Source: an uncultured Actinomycetes bacterium
GTDB taxonomy: Bacteria; Actinomycetota; Actinomycetes; Streptosporangiales; Streptosporangiaceae
NCBI GenBank assembly: GCA_963841585.1
Contig: CAWJDK010000031.1
Span: forward strand, 182,450-246,449
Direction of reading: 5' to 3'
DNA: 64,000 nucleotides
Within the stretch, counting starts at the first letter, position 1. The number at the start of each line of letters is the position of its first letter. Below are positions 17,571 through 26,248 of the stretch, piece by piece. The position numbers and the translations under genes were made by a program. The notes under the pieces are model-generated. The model was not told where the DNA came from. It did no database searches and worked only from the letters and a program-made list of their open reading frames with translations.

Positions 17571-18383
17571 CCGGGCCGCCCCCGCCCCGCCCCGCCCCGG
17601 CCCACCCTGGCCCTCCGCCGGGCGGCCCAGGCTCGCCCGGGCCAGCTGAAGCAGCTGGCCGAGGGTGTCGCCGGGCTGCCCGGCCAGCACGTGCAGCCCC
17701 GCCGCCGCACGGGCGATCTCGTCGGCCTCCTGGCCGGCCCGCTTCACCGCCTCGGTGGTGGCCGAGGAGAGCACGACCAGGCTGGCCCCGGCCTCCCTGG
17801 CCAGCCCGGTCAGCTCGGCGACCGGCAGGTCGGCCGCCAGGTGATGCACCAGCCAGCGGTCCTCGCGCAGGCACGCGGTGGCCATCAGGGCCGGCAGCCC
17901 GTGCCGTTCCCCCGGCGGCGTGGTCACCAGCGCGATGCCGCGCGGGCGGCCCTGCGGCTGGTGGGTGCGGGCGGCGATGAGCCGCTCGCAGATGGCACTG
18001 GCCCGGTGCTCGGCCGCGATCGTCGCCTCGCCGGAGGCCCAGTCGTCGCCGATCCGCCGCAGCGCGGGCGCGATGATCCGCGAGCACAGATCGGCCAGCG
18101 GTACGCCGCGCGCCAGCCGGGCGAAGACGTGCCGTGCCGTGGTCTCGTCCCCGGCCATGATGGCCGCGTGCAGCCGGTCGGCCTGAGCCGCCCAGTCGCG
18201 CACCCGGATGTCCGGCCGCGGCGCGGTACCCGAGGCACGGCGGGCCGCGAGCGCGCTGACGTCCCCCTCCCTGACGTCGTAGCCGCGGCCGGTCTTCCTG
18301 GCCGGCAGCACGCCCTGGCGCACCCACGCGTAAGCGGTCTGGTAGTGCACGCCGAGCATCTCGGCGGCGTCGCGTAGCTGCAT
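17529..18383 (-). CDS. MerR/excisionase-type HTH regulator fused to a cobalamin (B12)-binding domain (CarH/LitR-like)
   Basis: N-terminal HTH LRDAAEMLGVHYQTAYAWVRQG. C-terminal B12-binding Rossmann segment IALVTTPPGERHGLPALMATACL...VVLSS. Confidence 0.8.
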   Translation of the reverse strand: MQLRDAAEMLGVHYQTAYAWVRQGVLPARKTGRGYDVREGDVSALAARRASGTAPRPDIRVRDWAAQADRLHAAIMAGDETTARHVFARLARGVPLADLCSRIIAPALRRIGDDWASGEATIAAEHRASAICERLIAARTHQPQGRPRGIALVTTPPGERHGLPALMATACLREDRWLVHHLAADLPVAELTGLAREAGASLVVLSSATTEAVKRAGQEADEIARAAAGLHVLAGQPGDTLGQLLQLARASLGRPAEGQGGPGRGGAGAARSEGQAGGQGGDLV

Positions 18384-18404
18384 GAGCGTCTTTCCGTACT
18401 CAGG

Positions 18405-18440
18405 ATTTCAGGGTTTAGTGTAATTTAGCATTATTAGTTC
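18405..18440. promoter_or_regulatory. AT-rich divergent promoter/operator with three ~10-bp-phased TTTAG/TTAG direct repeats
   Basis: atttcagggTTTAGtgtaaTTTAGcattaTTAGttc, between the regulator (start 18383) and the SRPBCC-epimerase gene (start 18464). Confidence 0.35.
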
Positions 18441-18463
18441 GCCGCCGTGAGGGGCTGAGGGAC

Positions 18464-19786
18464 ATGATGGGACTGACGTACTCCAGTGTTGTAGATGCAA
18501 GCCGTGACGAGGTGTTCGCCTGGCACACCAGGCCGGGCGCGATCACCAGGCTCACTCCACCATGGCAGCCGGTCACGGTGCTCCGCGAGGCGGGGTCGCT
18601 CCGGGACGGCCGCGCGATCCTCGGTCTGCCCGGCGGGCTGCGCTGGATCGCCGACTGCCAGCCCGGCGGCTATGACCCGCCGAACGCCTTCGCCGACTCG
18701 TTCCCCCGCCTGCCCTGGCGGCACACGCACCAGTTCAGCCCGGTGGGGGAGTCGGAAACGCTGGTGACCGACGTGGTTGAGACCCCGCTGCCCGCCCGGA
18801 TGCTGCGGTCCATGTTCGTCTACCGGCACCGGCAGCTCGCCGCCGACCTGGCCGCGCTGGCCCGCGCCCGCGCGATCAGCGCCGACCCGCTGACGATCGC
18901 GGTCACCGGCTCCAGCGGGCTGATCGGCACCGCGCTGACCGCGCTGCTGACCACCAGCGGGCACCGCGTCATCCCGCTGGTGCGCCGGCGGCCCAGCGAC
19001 GGGCAGCGCTACTGGCAGCCGGACGACCCGGCCCCGGAACTGCTGGCCGGGGTGGACGCGGTGATCCACCTGGCCGGGGCCTCGATCGGCGGCCGGTTCA
19101 CCGCCGAGCGCAAGAACGAGATCCGCGACAGCCGGATCCTGCCCACCCGCCAGCTGGCCGAACTGGCCGCCAGCCGCCCGGACATGCGGGCGTTCGTCAC
19201 GGCGTCGGCCATCGGCATCTACGGCCCGGACCGGGGCGAGGAGATCCTGACCGAAGCCAGTCCCCGGGGCGAGGGGTTCCTGGCCGACGTGGTGGCCGGC
19301 TGGGAGGATGCCGCCACCCCGGCGGCCGCCGCGGGCATCCGCACGGTCCAGGTCAGGACCGGCATCGTGCAGACGCCGCGCGGCGGCATGCTGCGCCTGC
19401 TCAGCCCGCTGTTCGAGGCCGGCCTCGGCGGCCGCCTCGGCACCGGCAAGCAATGGCTGGCCTGGATCGTCCTGGACGACCTGCTCGACATCTACCTGCG
19501 CGCCGTGCTCGATCCCGGGCTGTCCGGGCCGGTCAACGCGGTCGCGCCGGAGCCGGCCAGGAACATTGACTACACCCGGACGCTGGCCGCGGTGCTGCGC
19601 CGGCCCGCCGTGCTGCCGGTCCCCGGCCTCGCCCCCCGGCTGCTGCTCGGCGGCGAGGGCGCCAGGGAAATCGCCCAGGCCAGCCAGTACGTCCGGCCCG
19701 AGCGGCTGATCGGCGCCGGGCACCAGTTCCGCCAGCCGGAACTGGCCGGGGCGCTGCGTCATCTCTTCGGCCGCGAAGGCACATGA
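18464..19786 (+). CDS. SRPBCC (START/cyclase) domain fused to a TIGR01777/YfcH-type NAD-dependent epimerase (DUF1731)
   Basis: N-terminus DEVFAWHTRPGAITRLTPPW; Rossmann IAVTGSSGLIGTAL; C-terminal DUF1731-like end. Confidence 0.85.
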   Translation: MMGLTYSSVVDASRDEVFAWHTRPGAITRLTPPWQPVTVLREAGSLRDGRAILGLPGGLRWIADCQPGGYDPPNAFADSFPRLPWRHTHQFSPVGESETLVTDVVETPLPARMLRSMFVYRHRQLAADLAALARARAISADPLTIAVTGSSGLIGTALTALLTTSGHRVIPLVRRRPSDGQRYWQPDDPAPELLAGVDAVIHLAGASIGGRFTAERKNEIRDSRILPTRQLAELAASRPDMRAFVTASAIGIYGPDRGEEILTEASPRGEGFLADVVAGWEDAATPAAAAGIRTVQVRTGIVQTPRGGMLRLLSPLFEAGLGGRLGTGKQWLAWIVLDDLLDIYLRAVLDPGLSGPVNAVAPEPARNIDYTRTLAAVLRRPAVLPVPGLAPRLLLGGEGAREIAQASQYVRPERLIGAGHQFRQPELAGALRHLFGREGT

Positions 19787-20271
19787 GCGAGCGCAGGATC
19801 GCCGTCATCGGCGGCGGCGTGAGCGGGCTCACCGCCGGCTATGTGCTGTCACGTACCGACCACGTGACCCTCTTCGAGGCCGCCGGCCGTCTCGGCGGTC
19901 ACGCCGACACCCACCTGGTGCTGCCGGCCGCGGGGCCGCCACTCGGCGTCGACACCGGGTTCATCGTGTACAACGAACGCACCTACCCCCTGCTCACCAG
20001 GCTGTTCGCCGAACTCGGCGTGGCCACCCAGCCCTCGCAGATGAGCATGTCGGTCCGCTGCGCCGGCTGCGGCCTGCGGTACGCGGGCCAGCGCGGCCTG
20101 CCCGGCCTGGCCGCCGGCCTGCCCCGCGGCCGGGGCCGCTACCTGCGGATGACCGCCTCCCGCCCGCGATACGCCGACTACGTCGCCCGGACCAGCGGCT
20201 TCATCCCGCTCCCCCCGAAACGGGCGCCGGAACGGCGTGCCGCAGGCGCAGTCCCGCCGGAAAGGGGCTGA
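19783..20271 (+). pseudogene. Chimeric remnant: N-terminal ~124 aa of a COG2907-type FAD oxidoreductase joined to a DUF1295-like C-terminal tail
   Basis: IAVIGGGVSGLTAGY...GGHADTH...RYLRM, then abruptly YADYVARTSGFIPLPPKR. 162 aa versus about 430 expected. Confidence 0.6.
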
Positions 20272-21154
20272 GGAAGGTTTGCTCCGCCAGCCAGCCGAAC
20301 TCCCCGCCGCTCGCGTAGTGCGCCAGCAGCGCGACCGGCACGCTCAGCGGCTCCTCGCCGCGCCGGTAGGCCTCGATCCTGGCCACCAGGTCCAGCCGCC
20401 GCGGCCGGTCCAGCTGCCGCCCGATCCGGCTGTACGCGTGCTGCAGCGCGTTCGCGGTGCGGCCCGGAGTGGCCCGGCTCGCCATCGCGGCCAGGAACAG
20501 GTCCCGGTAGGCCGCCTCGGCCCCGGACCCTGCGCCCCGCCCCGCGCCGGCCACCACCCGGCCCGCCGCCCGGTAGCGCGTGGGGTCATGCGCGAGCAGC
20601 TGCAGCTTGTGCCGGGCGTGGAAGGCCACCAGGTCCCCCGCCGACCACGGCCCGGAGAACAGCGACCGCAGCCGCGCCGCGGCGAAGATCCGCTCGCAGA
20701 ACGCCTCGCGCAGCGCGGCGTCGTTCAGCCGTCCCTCATCCTCGGCGGCCAGCAGCGGGAACGCGGTCAGCACCCGGTCGGCGTACAGCCCGCGCCCGCC
20801 CTGGCCGGCCGCGACACCGTCCTCGCCGTACCGCGGGATGGCCCGGATGCCGCAGCTCGGCGACTTGGCCTTGAACACGTAGCCGTCCAGGTCACCGGGC
20901 GGCAAGGGGAGCGCCGTCATCGAATCGGTGTGGTCGGCGGTGCCGCTCCGGTTGACCAGCCGCCCGTCCGCGGTCAGCCGGATCGGCTCCCGCGGCGTGC
21001 CCAGCCCGATGGAGACTTCGGGACAGTACGGCACCCAGTCGACATGCGGCCCGAGGTCGTCGGTCAGGAACCGGTACCGCTTGTGACCGCCGTTGAACCT
21101 GACCTCCTCGCCGAGCAGGCAGCTCGACACTCCCACCCGCGGTCTGCCGGTCAT
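20201..21154 (-). CDS. ybgA: YbgA family protein (DUF523 + DUF1722)
   Basis: VGVSSCLLGEEVRFNGGHK (DUF523) and a C-terminal DUF1722 helical domain. Classic photolyase neighbour. Confidence 0.85.
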   Translation of the reverse strand: MTGRPRVGVSSCLLGEEVRFNGGHKRYRFLTDDLGPHVDWVPYCPEVSIGLGTPREPIRLTADGRLVNRSGTADHTDSMTALPLPPGDLDGYVFKAKSPSCGIRAIPRYGEDGVAAGQGGRGLYADRVLTAFPLLAAEDEGRLNDAALREAFCERIFAAARLRSLFSGPWSAGDLVAFHARHKLQLLAHDPTRYRAAGRVVAGAGRGAGSGAEAAYRDLFLAAMASRATPGRTANALQHAYSRIGRQLDRPRRLDLVARIEAYRRGEEPLSVPVALLAHYASGGEFGWLAEQTFLSPFPAGLRLRHAVPAPVSGGAG

Positions 21155-21167
21155 ATCCTTACCTTAG

Positions 21168-22472
21168 ATGGATACCGCGATCGTGGTCTTCACCCGTGAT
21201 CTCCGGCTGCACGACAACCCGGCGCTGCACCTGGCGTGCGCCCGGGCCCGGCAGGTGGTGCCGCTGTTCGTGCTCGACCCGGCCATCACCGCGCCCGCCA
21301 ACCGGGCTCGCTTCCTGGCCGAATCCCTCGCCGACCTGCGCGCGACCCTCCGCGAGCGCGGCGCCGACCTGGTCATCCGCCGCGGCGACCCAGCCGCCGA
21401 GGTGATCAGGCTCGCTACCGAGGTGCGCGCGACCGCGGTCTACCTCGCCGACGACGTCTCGCACTACGCCGCCGCCCGCCGCCGCAAGCTGGAACGCGAA
21501 TGCGAACGGCACCGGATCGAGCTCACCCTGACCCCCGGGCTGACCGTGCTGCCGCCCGCCGACCTGAAGCCGGCCGGGGGCGGCCACTACCGGGTCTTCA
21601 CCCCGTACTGGCGCGCCTGGCGCGCGGCCGCCTGGCGCCGGCCCTGCCCGGTCCCGCGGGCCATCACCATGCCTCCGGTCGAGAAGATCGGCCGCCTCCC
21701 GGCGAAGGAGACCGCCTCGCCCGACCTCGCCCCCGGCGGGGAGACGGCCGGGCGCCAGCGGTTCGTGAGCTGGCGGCAGCGCCTACTGGCCGGCTACGAC
21801 CAGAACCGCGATGACCTGGCCGGCAACGCGACCTCCCGCCTGTCCGCCTACCTGCGGTTCGGCTGCGTGTCGCCACTCGAAGTCGCGATCGGCGCCCTGG
21901 ACCGGCCGGCCGGGGATGAGCCGGGCGAGGAGTTCGGCCGGCAGCTCGCCTGGCGCGACTTCTTTTACCAGGTCACCGCCGCGTTCCCGGACATCGCCAG
22001 GAAGAACTGCCGGCCCGGCCCGGCCTGGCACGATGACCAGCGCGCGCTGGACGCCTGGCGCGAAGGCCAGACCGGGATCCCGATCGTCGATGCCGGCCTG
22101 CGCCAGCTGGCGGCCGAGGGTTTCATGCACAACCGGGCCCGGATGATCACCGCCTCGTTTCTCACCCGCAACCTCGGCATCGGCTGGCGGCACGGCTACG
22201 CGCACTTCGATGCGCTGCTGGCCGACGGAGACGTCGCGAACAACGCGGGCAACTGGCAGTGGGTGGCCGGGACCGGCCACAACACCCGGCCCAACCGGGT
22301 GATGAACCCGCTCCGCCAGGCCCGGCGATTCGACCGGTCCGGCGCATACGTCCGCCGCTACCTGCCGGAACTGGCCGGTCTCGATTCCGCCGTGATCCAC
22401 ACGCCGTGGAAGCTGCCCCCGGCCCAGCGGGTCCGGCTGGGATATCCGGGCCCGCTGGTGGAGCTGGCTTAG
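21168..22472 (+). CDS. phr: Deoxyribodipyrimidine photo-lyase (CPD photolyase)
   Basis: VVFTRDLRLHDNPAL, TGIPIVDAGLRQL, WQWVAGTG motifs. Confidence 0.9.
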   Translation: MDTAIVVFTRDLRLHDNPALHLACARARQVVPLFVLDPAITAPANRARFLAESLADLRATLRERGADLVIRRGDPAAEVIRLATEVRATAVYLADDVSHYAAARRRKLERECERHRIELTLTPGLTVLPPADLKPAGGGHYRVFTPYWRAWRAAAWRRPCPVPRAITMPPVEKIGRLPAKETASPDLAPGGETAGRQRFVSWRQRLLAGYDQNRDDLAGNATSRLSAYLRFGCVSPLEVAIGALDRPAGDEPGEEFGRQLAWRDFFYQVTAAFPDIARKNCRPGPAWHDDQRALDAWREGQTGIPIVDAGLRQLAAEGFMHNRARMITASFLTRNLGIGWRHGYAHFDALLADGDVANNAGNWQWVAGTGHNTRPNRVMNPLRQARRFDRSGAYVRRYLPELAGLDSAVIHTPWKLPPAQRVRLGYPGPLVELA

Positions 22473-22480
22473 CCAAGTGC

Positions 22481-23116
22481 TCAGGAGGACGGGGGCATAA
22501 GCACGCTGTCGATGATGTAGACGGTGGCGTTGGCGGTCTGGACGTTCCCGCAGACCACGTTAGCCTTGTTGACCTCGTAGGTGCTGCCCATCGCGGCCGG
22601 AGTAACCATGCCGCCTTCCAGGGTCTTGATGGCCGTGCCAGAGGACAGCTGGGCGGGGCTATAGCGGGCCGGGGCCACGTGGTACGTGAGGATCTTGGTG
22701 AGCTCGGCCTTGTTGGCCAGCAGCTTCTTCAGGGTGGCGGCCGGAATCTTGGCGAACGCGGCGTTGTCCGGGGCGAACACGGTGATGTTCGAGGCGGAGT
22801 TGAGCGTGTCCACCAGGCCGGCTGCCTTGACCGCCGTTACCAGGGTGGACAGCGCGGGGTTGGCGGATGCGGCAGTGGCCACCGGCGCGGTGGCCATGCC
22901 GGTGAAGCTGCCCGCCCCGGACTTGGGCACCGCCGCGCAGCCAGGGCCGAAGTCCTTGGCGGCCGTCGCTGGCGAGGAGGACATCGCCGTGGGGGAGGTG
23001 GCAGGCGAGGACGTGGCGCCTGAGGCTGCGGGCGACGACGAGGACGAGCTGCACGCGGCCGCGCCCAGGCTGAGGCTCACGGCCAGGCCCGATAGGGCGA
23101 GAAGACGGTACTTCAT
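22481..23116 (-). CDS. Fasciclin (FAS1) domain lipoprotein (MPT70/MPT83-like)
   Basis: Lipobox LSLGAAAC and FAS1 motifs TVFAPDNAAF and YHV. Start at MKYRLL. Confidence 0.85.
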   Translation of the reverse strand: MKYRLLALSGLAVSLSLGAAACSSSSSSPAASGATSSPATSPTAMSSSPATAAKDFGPGCAAVPKSGAGSFTGMATAPVATAASANPALSTLVTAVKAAGLVDTLNSASNITVFAPDNAAFAKIPAATLKKLLANKAELTKILTYHVAPARYSPAQLSSGTAIKTLEGGMVTPAAMGSTYEVNKANVVCGNVQTANATVYIIDSVLMPPSS

Positions 23117-23204
23117 GTTCTTGACTCCTTGATGGTTTTCGGGTTTTCCCTGATTCGGTTTTCCTTGACTACGGGCCGGTGTCATCCCGTGGATGCGGCG
23201 CCCG

Positions 23205-24791
23205 TCACATGACGGTCACCACGATGGAGTCCCAGCCGCTGGCCCCGTTGGGCACGGGGTAGGCGCGCTGCGGTGTCTGGGTCGCGCCTGAGTTATCGGT
23301 CGTCCGGACCCGGAGGTTGTGCAGCCCGGGTCTGGCGTCCCAGCCCCACATCCACTGCCGCCAGGTGTCGATGCCGCCTGAGGCGGCCAGCGTGGCCTGC
23401 TGCCACGGGCCGTTGTCCGCGCTGACCTCGACCTTGGCGATGCCCTTGGCTGGCGCCCAGGCCACGCCCGCCACCGTGACGCGGCCGGCCTTGACCTGGG
23501 ACAGCGGCTTGGGCACGTCGATGCGCGACTCGGTCTTGATGGGCGCCTGGGCGGAGTAGCCGCGCTGGGTCCAGTAAGCCTTCTGCCGCGCGAACGTGGT
23601 CAGGGTCAGCTTGGTGACCCACTTGGTCGCGGACACGTAGCCGTACAGGCCGGGGACGATCATCCGCGCGGGGAAGCCGTGCGCGACGGGCAGCGGCTGG
23701 CCGTTCATCCCGACGGCCAGCAGCGCGTTCCGGCCGTCCATGATGGCGGCGACCGGGGTGGAGATGGTCATCCCGTCGGTGGCGGCGGACAGCACCTGGT
23801 CGGCGCCGGGCCGCACCCCGGCCCGTCGGAGCAGCCCGGCCAGCGGCACGCCAAGCCATCTGGCGTTGCCGTTGTAGGTCCCGCCGACCTGGTTCGAGAC
23901 ACACACCAGCGTGATGTCGGCCTCGGTCAGCGGCATCTTCAGCAATTCGGTGAAGGTGAGCTCGACCGGCCGGTCGACCATGCCGTCGATCCGCAGCGTC
24001 CAGGTCTCCGGCGGCACCTGCGGCAGGACCAGGTCGGTGTCGACGCGGTAGAAGCTGGCGTTGGACGTCATGAAGGGCGTCAGCCCGGCAATCCGGAGGT
24101 CGGTGCCTGCCGGGACGGCCGGCGCCGGGACGGCCGCCCCGGGCAGCCGGACCGCCGCCCGGGACGAGGCGACGCTGAACCGGCCCAGCAGCGCGTTACC
24201 CAGGCCGCCGGCCGCCAAGCCCAGGGCCGCCGCTCCCGCCCCCACGGTCAGGAAGCGGCGGCGCTCGAGCCCCTGGCCGCCCGGTCCCCCCGCGTTCCCC
24301 GTCCCTTTCACGGGACCCGCGGCTTCCGGCTGGGCTGCCCCCCGTATCGCGCGCACCATCAGCACCAGCGTCACGCCCGCCACGACCGCGCCAGCCAGCG
24401 TCGGCATCACGTTGAGACCGCCCCCCTGGGTGACCGCGGCCGCGACGCCGACCGCGGCGAACACCGCGAGGGCGGCGAGCCCGTAGGCCAGCCGACGCGC
24501 GGCCAACACGCCGATCAGCACGGCGAACGCCGCCAGCAGCATCACGATGCCGGTGACCAGGGCCGCCTTGTCGTGCGTGCCGAAGTGCGCGATCGCGAAC
24601 TCCTTGACCGGCACGGGGGTCAGGTTGATAGCGGTCTCGCCGACCGCGGTGACCGGAGCGCCGTTCGGCCCGGTGACCGAGGCCGTCAGCTCGGCAATGC
24701 CCAGCGCCACGGCCCCGGTCAGCAGTCCGGCTAGGCCCGATGTCTTCATCACGGCGGCCATTCGGACCTGTCCGCGTAGCAGATTGGTCAC
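23205..24791 (-). CDS. Membrane-anchored molybdopterin-dependent (sulfite-oxidase-fold) oxidoreductase
   Basis: N-terminal TM helices, then TLVCVSNQVGGTYNGNARWLGVPL Moco-binding cysteine region and a C-terminal Ig-like domain. Confidence 0.85.
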   Translation of the reverse strand: MTNLLRGQVRMAAVMKTSGLAGLLTGAVALGIAELTASVTGPNGAPVTAVGETAINLTPVPVKEFAIAHFGTHDKAALVTGIVMLLAAFAVLIGVLAARRLAYGLAALAVFAAVGVAAAVTQGGGLNVMPTLAGAVVAGVTLVLMVRAIRGAAQPEAAGPVKGTGNAGGPGGQGLERRRFLTVGAGAAALGLAAGGLGNALLGRFSVASSRAAVRLPGAAVPAPAVPAGTDLRIAGLTPFMTSNASFYRVDTDLVLPQVPPETWTLRIDGMVDRPVELTFTELLKMPLTEADITLVCVSNQVGGTYNGNARWLGVPLAGLLRRAGVRPGADQVLSAATDGMTISTPVAAIMDGRNALLAVGMNGQPLPVAHGFPARMIVPGLYGYVSATKWVTKLTLTTFARQKAYWTQRGYSAQAPIKTESRIDVPKPLSQVKAGRVTVAGVAWAPAKGIAKVEVSADNGPWQQATLAASGGIDTWRQWMWGWDARPGLHNLRVRTTDNSGATQTPQRAYPVPNGASGWDSIVVTVM

Positions 24792-24847
24792 TCCTGGAAG
24801 TCAGTACAAACTGATGCGAGAGCAATCCAGATGCCACTCGGCCTCGA

Positions 24848-25447
24848 ATGGGGTGCATGAGCAGGTCTGAGATACGACAACTGCAGCCGGAGCCGGCGCC
24901 GGAATACGAGCCGGACCTCGCCGCCCAGCTGGCCCTGGTGGCGCGAGGCGACCACCGGGCGTTCGAGCGGATCTACGGTGAGCTGGCCGGACCGGTGTAC
25001 GGCGTGGTCCGGCAGGTGCTGAGAGACCCGGCTCAGTCCGAGGAAGTCGCCCAGGAAGTGCTGCTCGAGATCTGGCGCACGGCGTCCAGGTTCGACCCGG
25101 CCCGGGGCAGCGGCGCCGCCTGGGCGCTGACCATCGCGCACCGCCGCGCGGTCGACCGGGTCCGGGCGGAGAACGCCTGCTCGCGCCGGGAGCAGAAGGC
25201 CGCGGAGCCGGAGCCGGCCGAGGACGACGTGGCCGAGACCGTGGCGGCGACGCTGGAGCACCAGCGGGTACGCCGCTGCATGGACGGCCTGACCGGGTTG
25301 CAGCGCGAGTCGATCAAGCTCGCGTACTACAGCGGATACTCCTATCCGGAGGTCGCGCAGCTCCTCGGGGTCGCCCTCGGCACGGTCAAGACCAGGATCA
25401 GGGACGGGCTGATCAGGATGCGTGACTGCATGGGGGTGACGTGGTGA
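24848..25447 (+). CDS. sigK: ECF sigma factor, SigK-like (ECF19-type)
   Basis: Sigma-70 region 2 (SEEVAQEVLLEIWRTASRFD) and region 4 (YSYPEVAQLLGVALGTVKTRI). Followed by an RskA-type anti-sigma gene. Confidence 0.75.
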   Translation: MGCMSRSEIRQLQPEPAPEYEPDLAAQLALVARGDHRAFERIYGELAGPVYGVVRQVLRDPAQSEEVAQEVLLEIWRTASRFDPARGSGAAWALTIAHRRAVDRVRAENACSRREQKAAEPEPAEDDVAETVAATLEHQRVRRCMDGLTGLQRESIKLAYYSGYSYPEVAQLLGVALGTVKTRIRDGLIRMRDCMGVTW

Positions 25448-26229
25448 AGGTCATGCCTTACGAGCTGCACGTGCTCACCGGCAGCTATGCCCTGGACGCC
25501 GTCAGCGATGCAGAGCGCGAGGAGTTCGAGCGTCATCTGCAGCACTGCCCCAGTTGCGACGCCGAGGTGCGCGGACTGCGCGAGACCGCGGCCGGGCTCG
25601 CCCGGACCTGCGCCCTGACCCCGCCGGCCCGGATGGAGCAGCAGGTGCTGGCGGCCACGTACCGGACCAGGCAGCTCCCGCCGCTACCCGCCGACCGCCC
25701 CCGCCGCATCCCGCAAATCCCGCGTGTCGCGCACATTCCGCGTGTCGCGCACATTCCGCGTGTCACGCACATCCCGCGTGTCCCTAGCATCTCGCGCCTC
25801 CCGCGCCGGCTGGCCGTGCTCGCCGCCGCGGCCAGCGTGGCCGTGGCCGCCGGACTCGGGATCACCCAGCTATCCACCCAGCACCAGCTCGACCGGGCCC
25901 GGGCCACCGCGATCGCCCGGGTGGTCACCGCACCTGACGCCCGGGTCGATACCGCGCCGACCAGCGCGGGCGGGAACGTCACCGTCGTCACCTCGGCCGC
26001 GCTGCGCGAGTCGGTGGTCAGCGCCAGCGGGATGGCGTCCTTGCCGTCCGGCCGCGTCTACCAGGTCTGGGTGATGAGCCCGTCCGGCGCGCGCTCGGCC
26101 GGCCTGCTGCACGGCAGTTCCCTGCTGGCCTCCGCGGTCCGCCCCGGCGACCGGATCGGCATCACCGTCGAGCCCGCGGGCGGCACCGCCCGCCCGACCA
26201 CGAGCCCCGTCGCGGTCCTGCCCGTCTAG
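25441..26229 (+). CDS. rskA: Anti-sigma-K factor RskA-type (zf-HC2 N-domain, TM, extracytoplasmic RskA domain)
   Basis: LTGSYALDAVSDAEREEFERHLQHCPSCDAEV, a central TM, and C-terminal VYQVWVM...ITVEPAGG. The start overlaps the sigma stop. Confidence 0.75.
   Translation: MVKVMPYELHVLTGSYALDAVSDAEREEFERHLQHCPSCDAEVRGLRETAAGLARTCALTPPARMEQQVLAATYRTRQLPPLPADRPRRIPQIPRVAHIPRVAHIPRVTHIPRVPSISRLPRRLAVLAAAASVAVAAGLGITQLSTQHQLDRARATAIARVVTAPDARVDTAPTSAGGNVTVVTSAALRESVVSASGMASLPSGRVYQVWVMSPSGARSAGLLHGSSLLASAVRPGDRIGITVEPAGGTARPTTSPVAVLPV
25717..25806 (+). repeat. In-frame 18-bp tandem repeat x5 (IPRVAH units) in the RskA cytoplasmic linker
   Basis: atcccgcgtgtcgcgcac and variants read directly. Confidence 0.85.
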
Positions 26230-26248
26230 AGAAGTACTGGCCTGGCGC

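Noticed and set aside
17571-17980. The C-terminal 137 aa of the 417-aa ORF 16727..17980
   Set aside because: It is a P/R/A/G-rich run antisense to the B12-binding regulator. The family-like LLM C-terminus and its stop are in another frame, ending at 17570.
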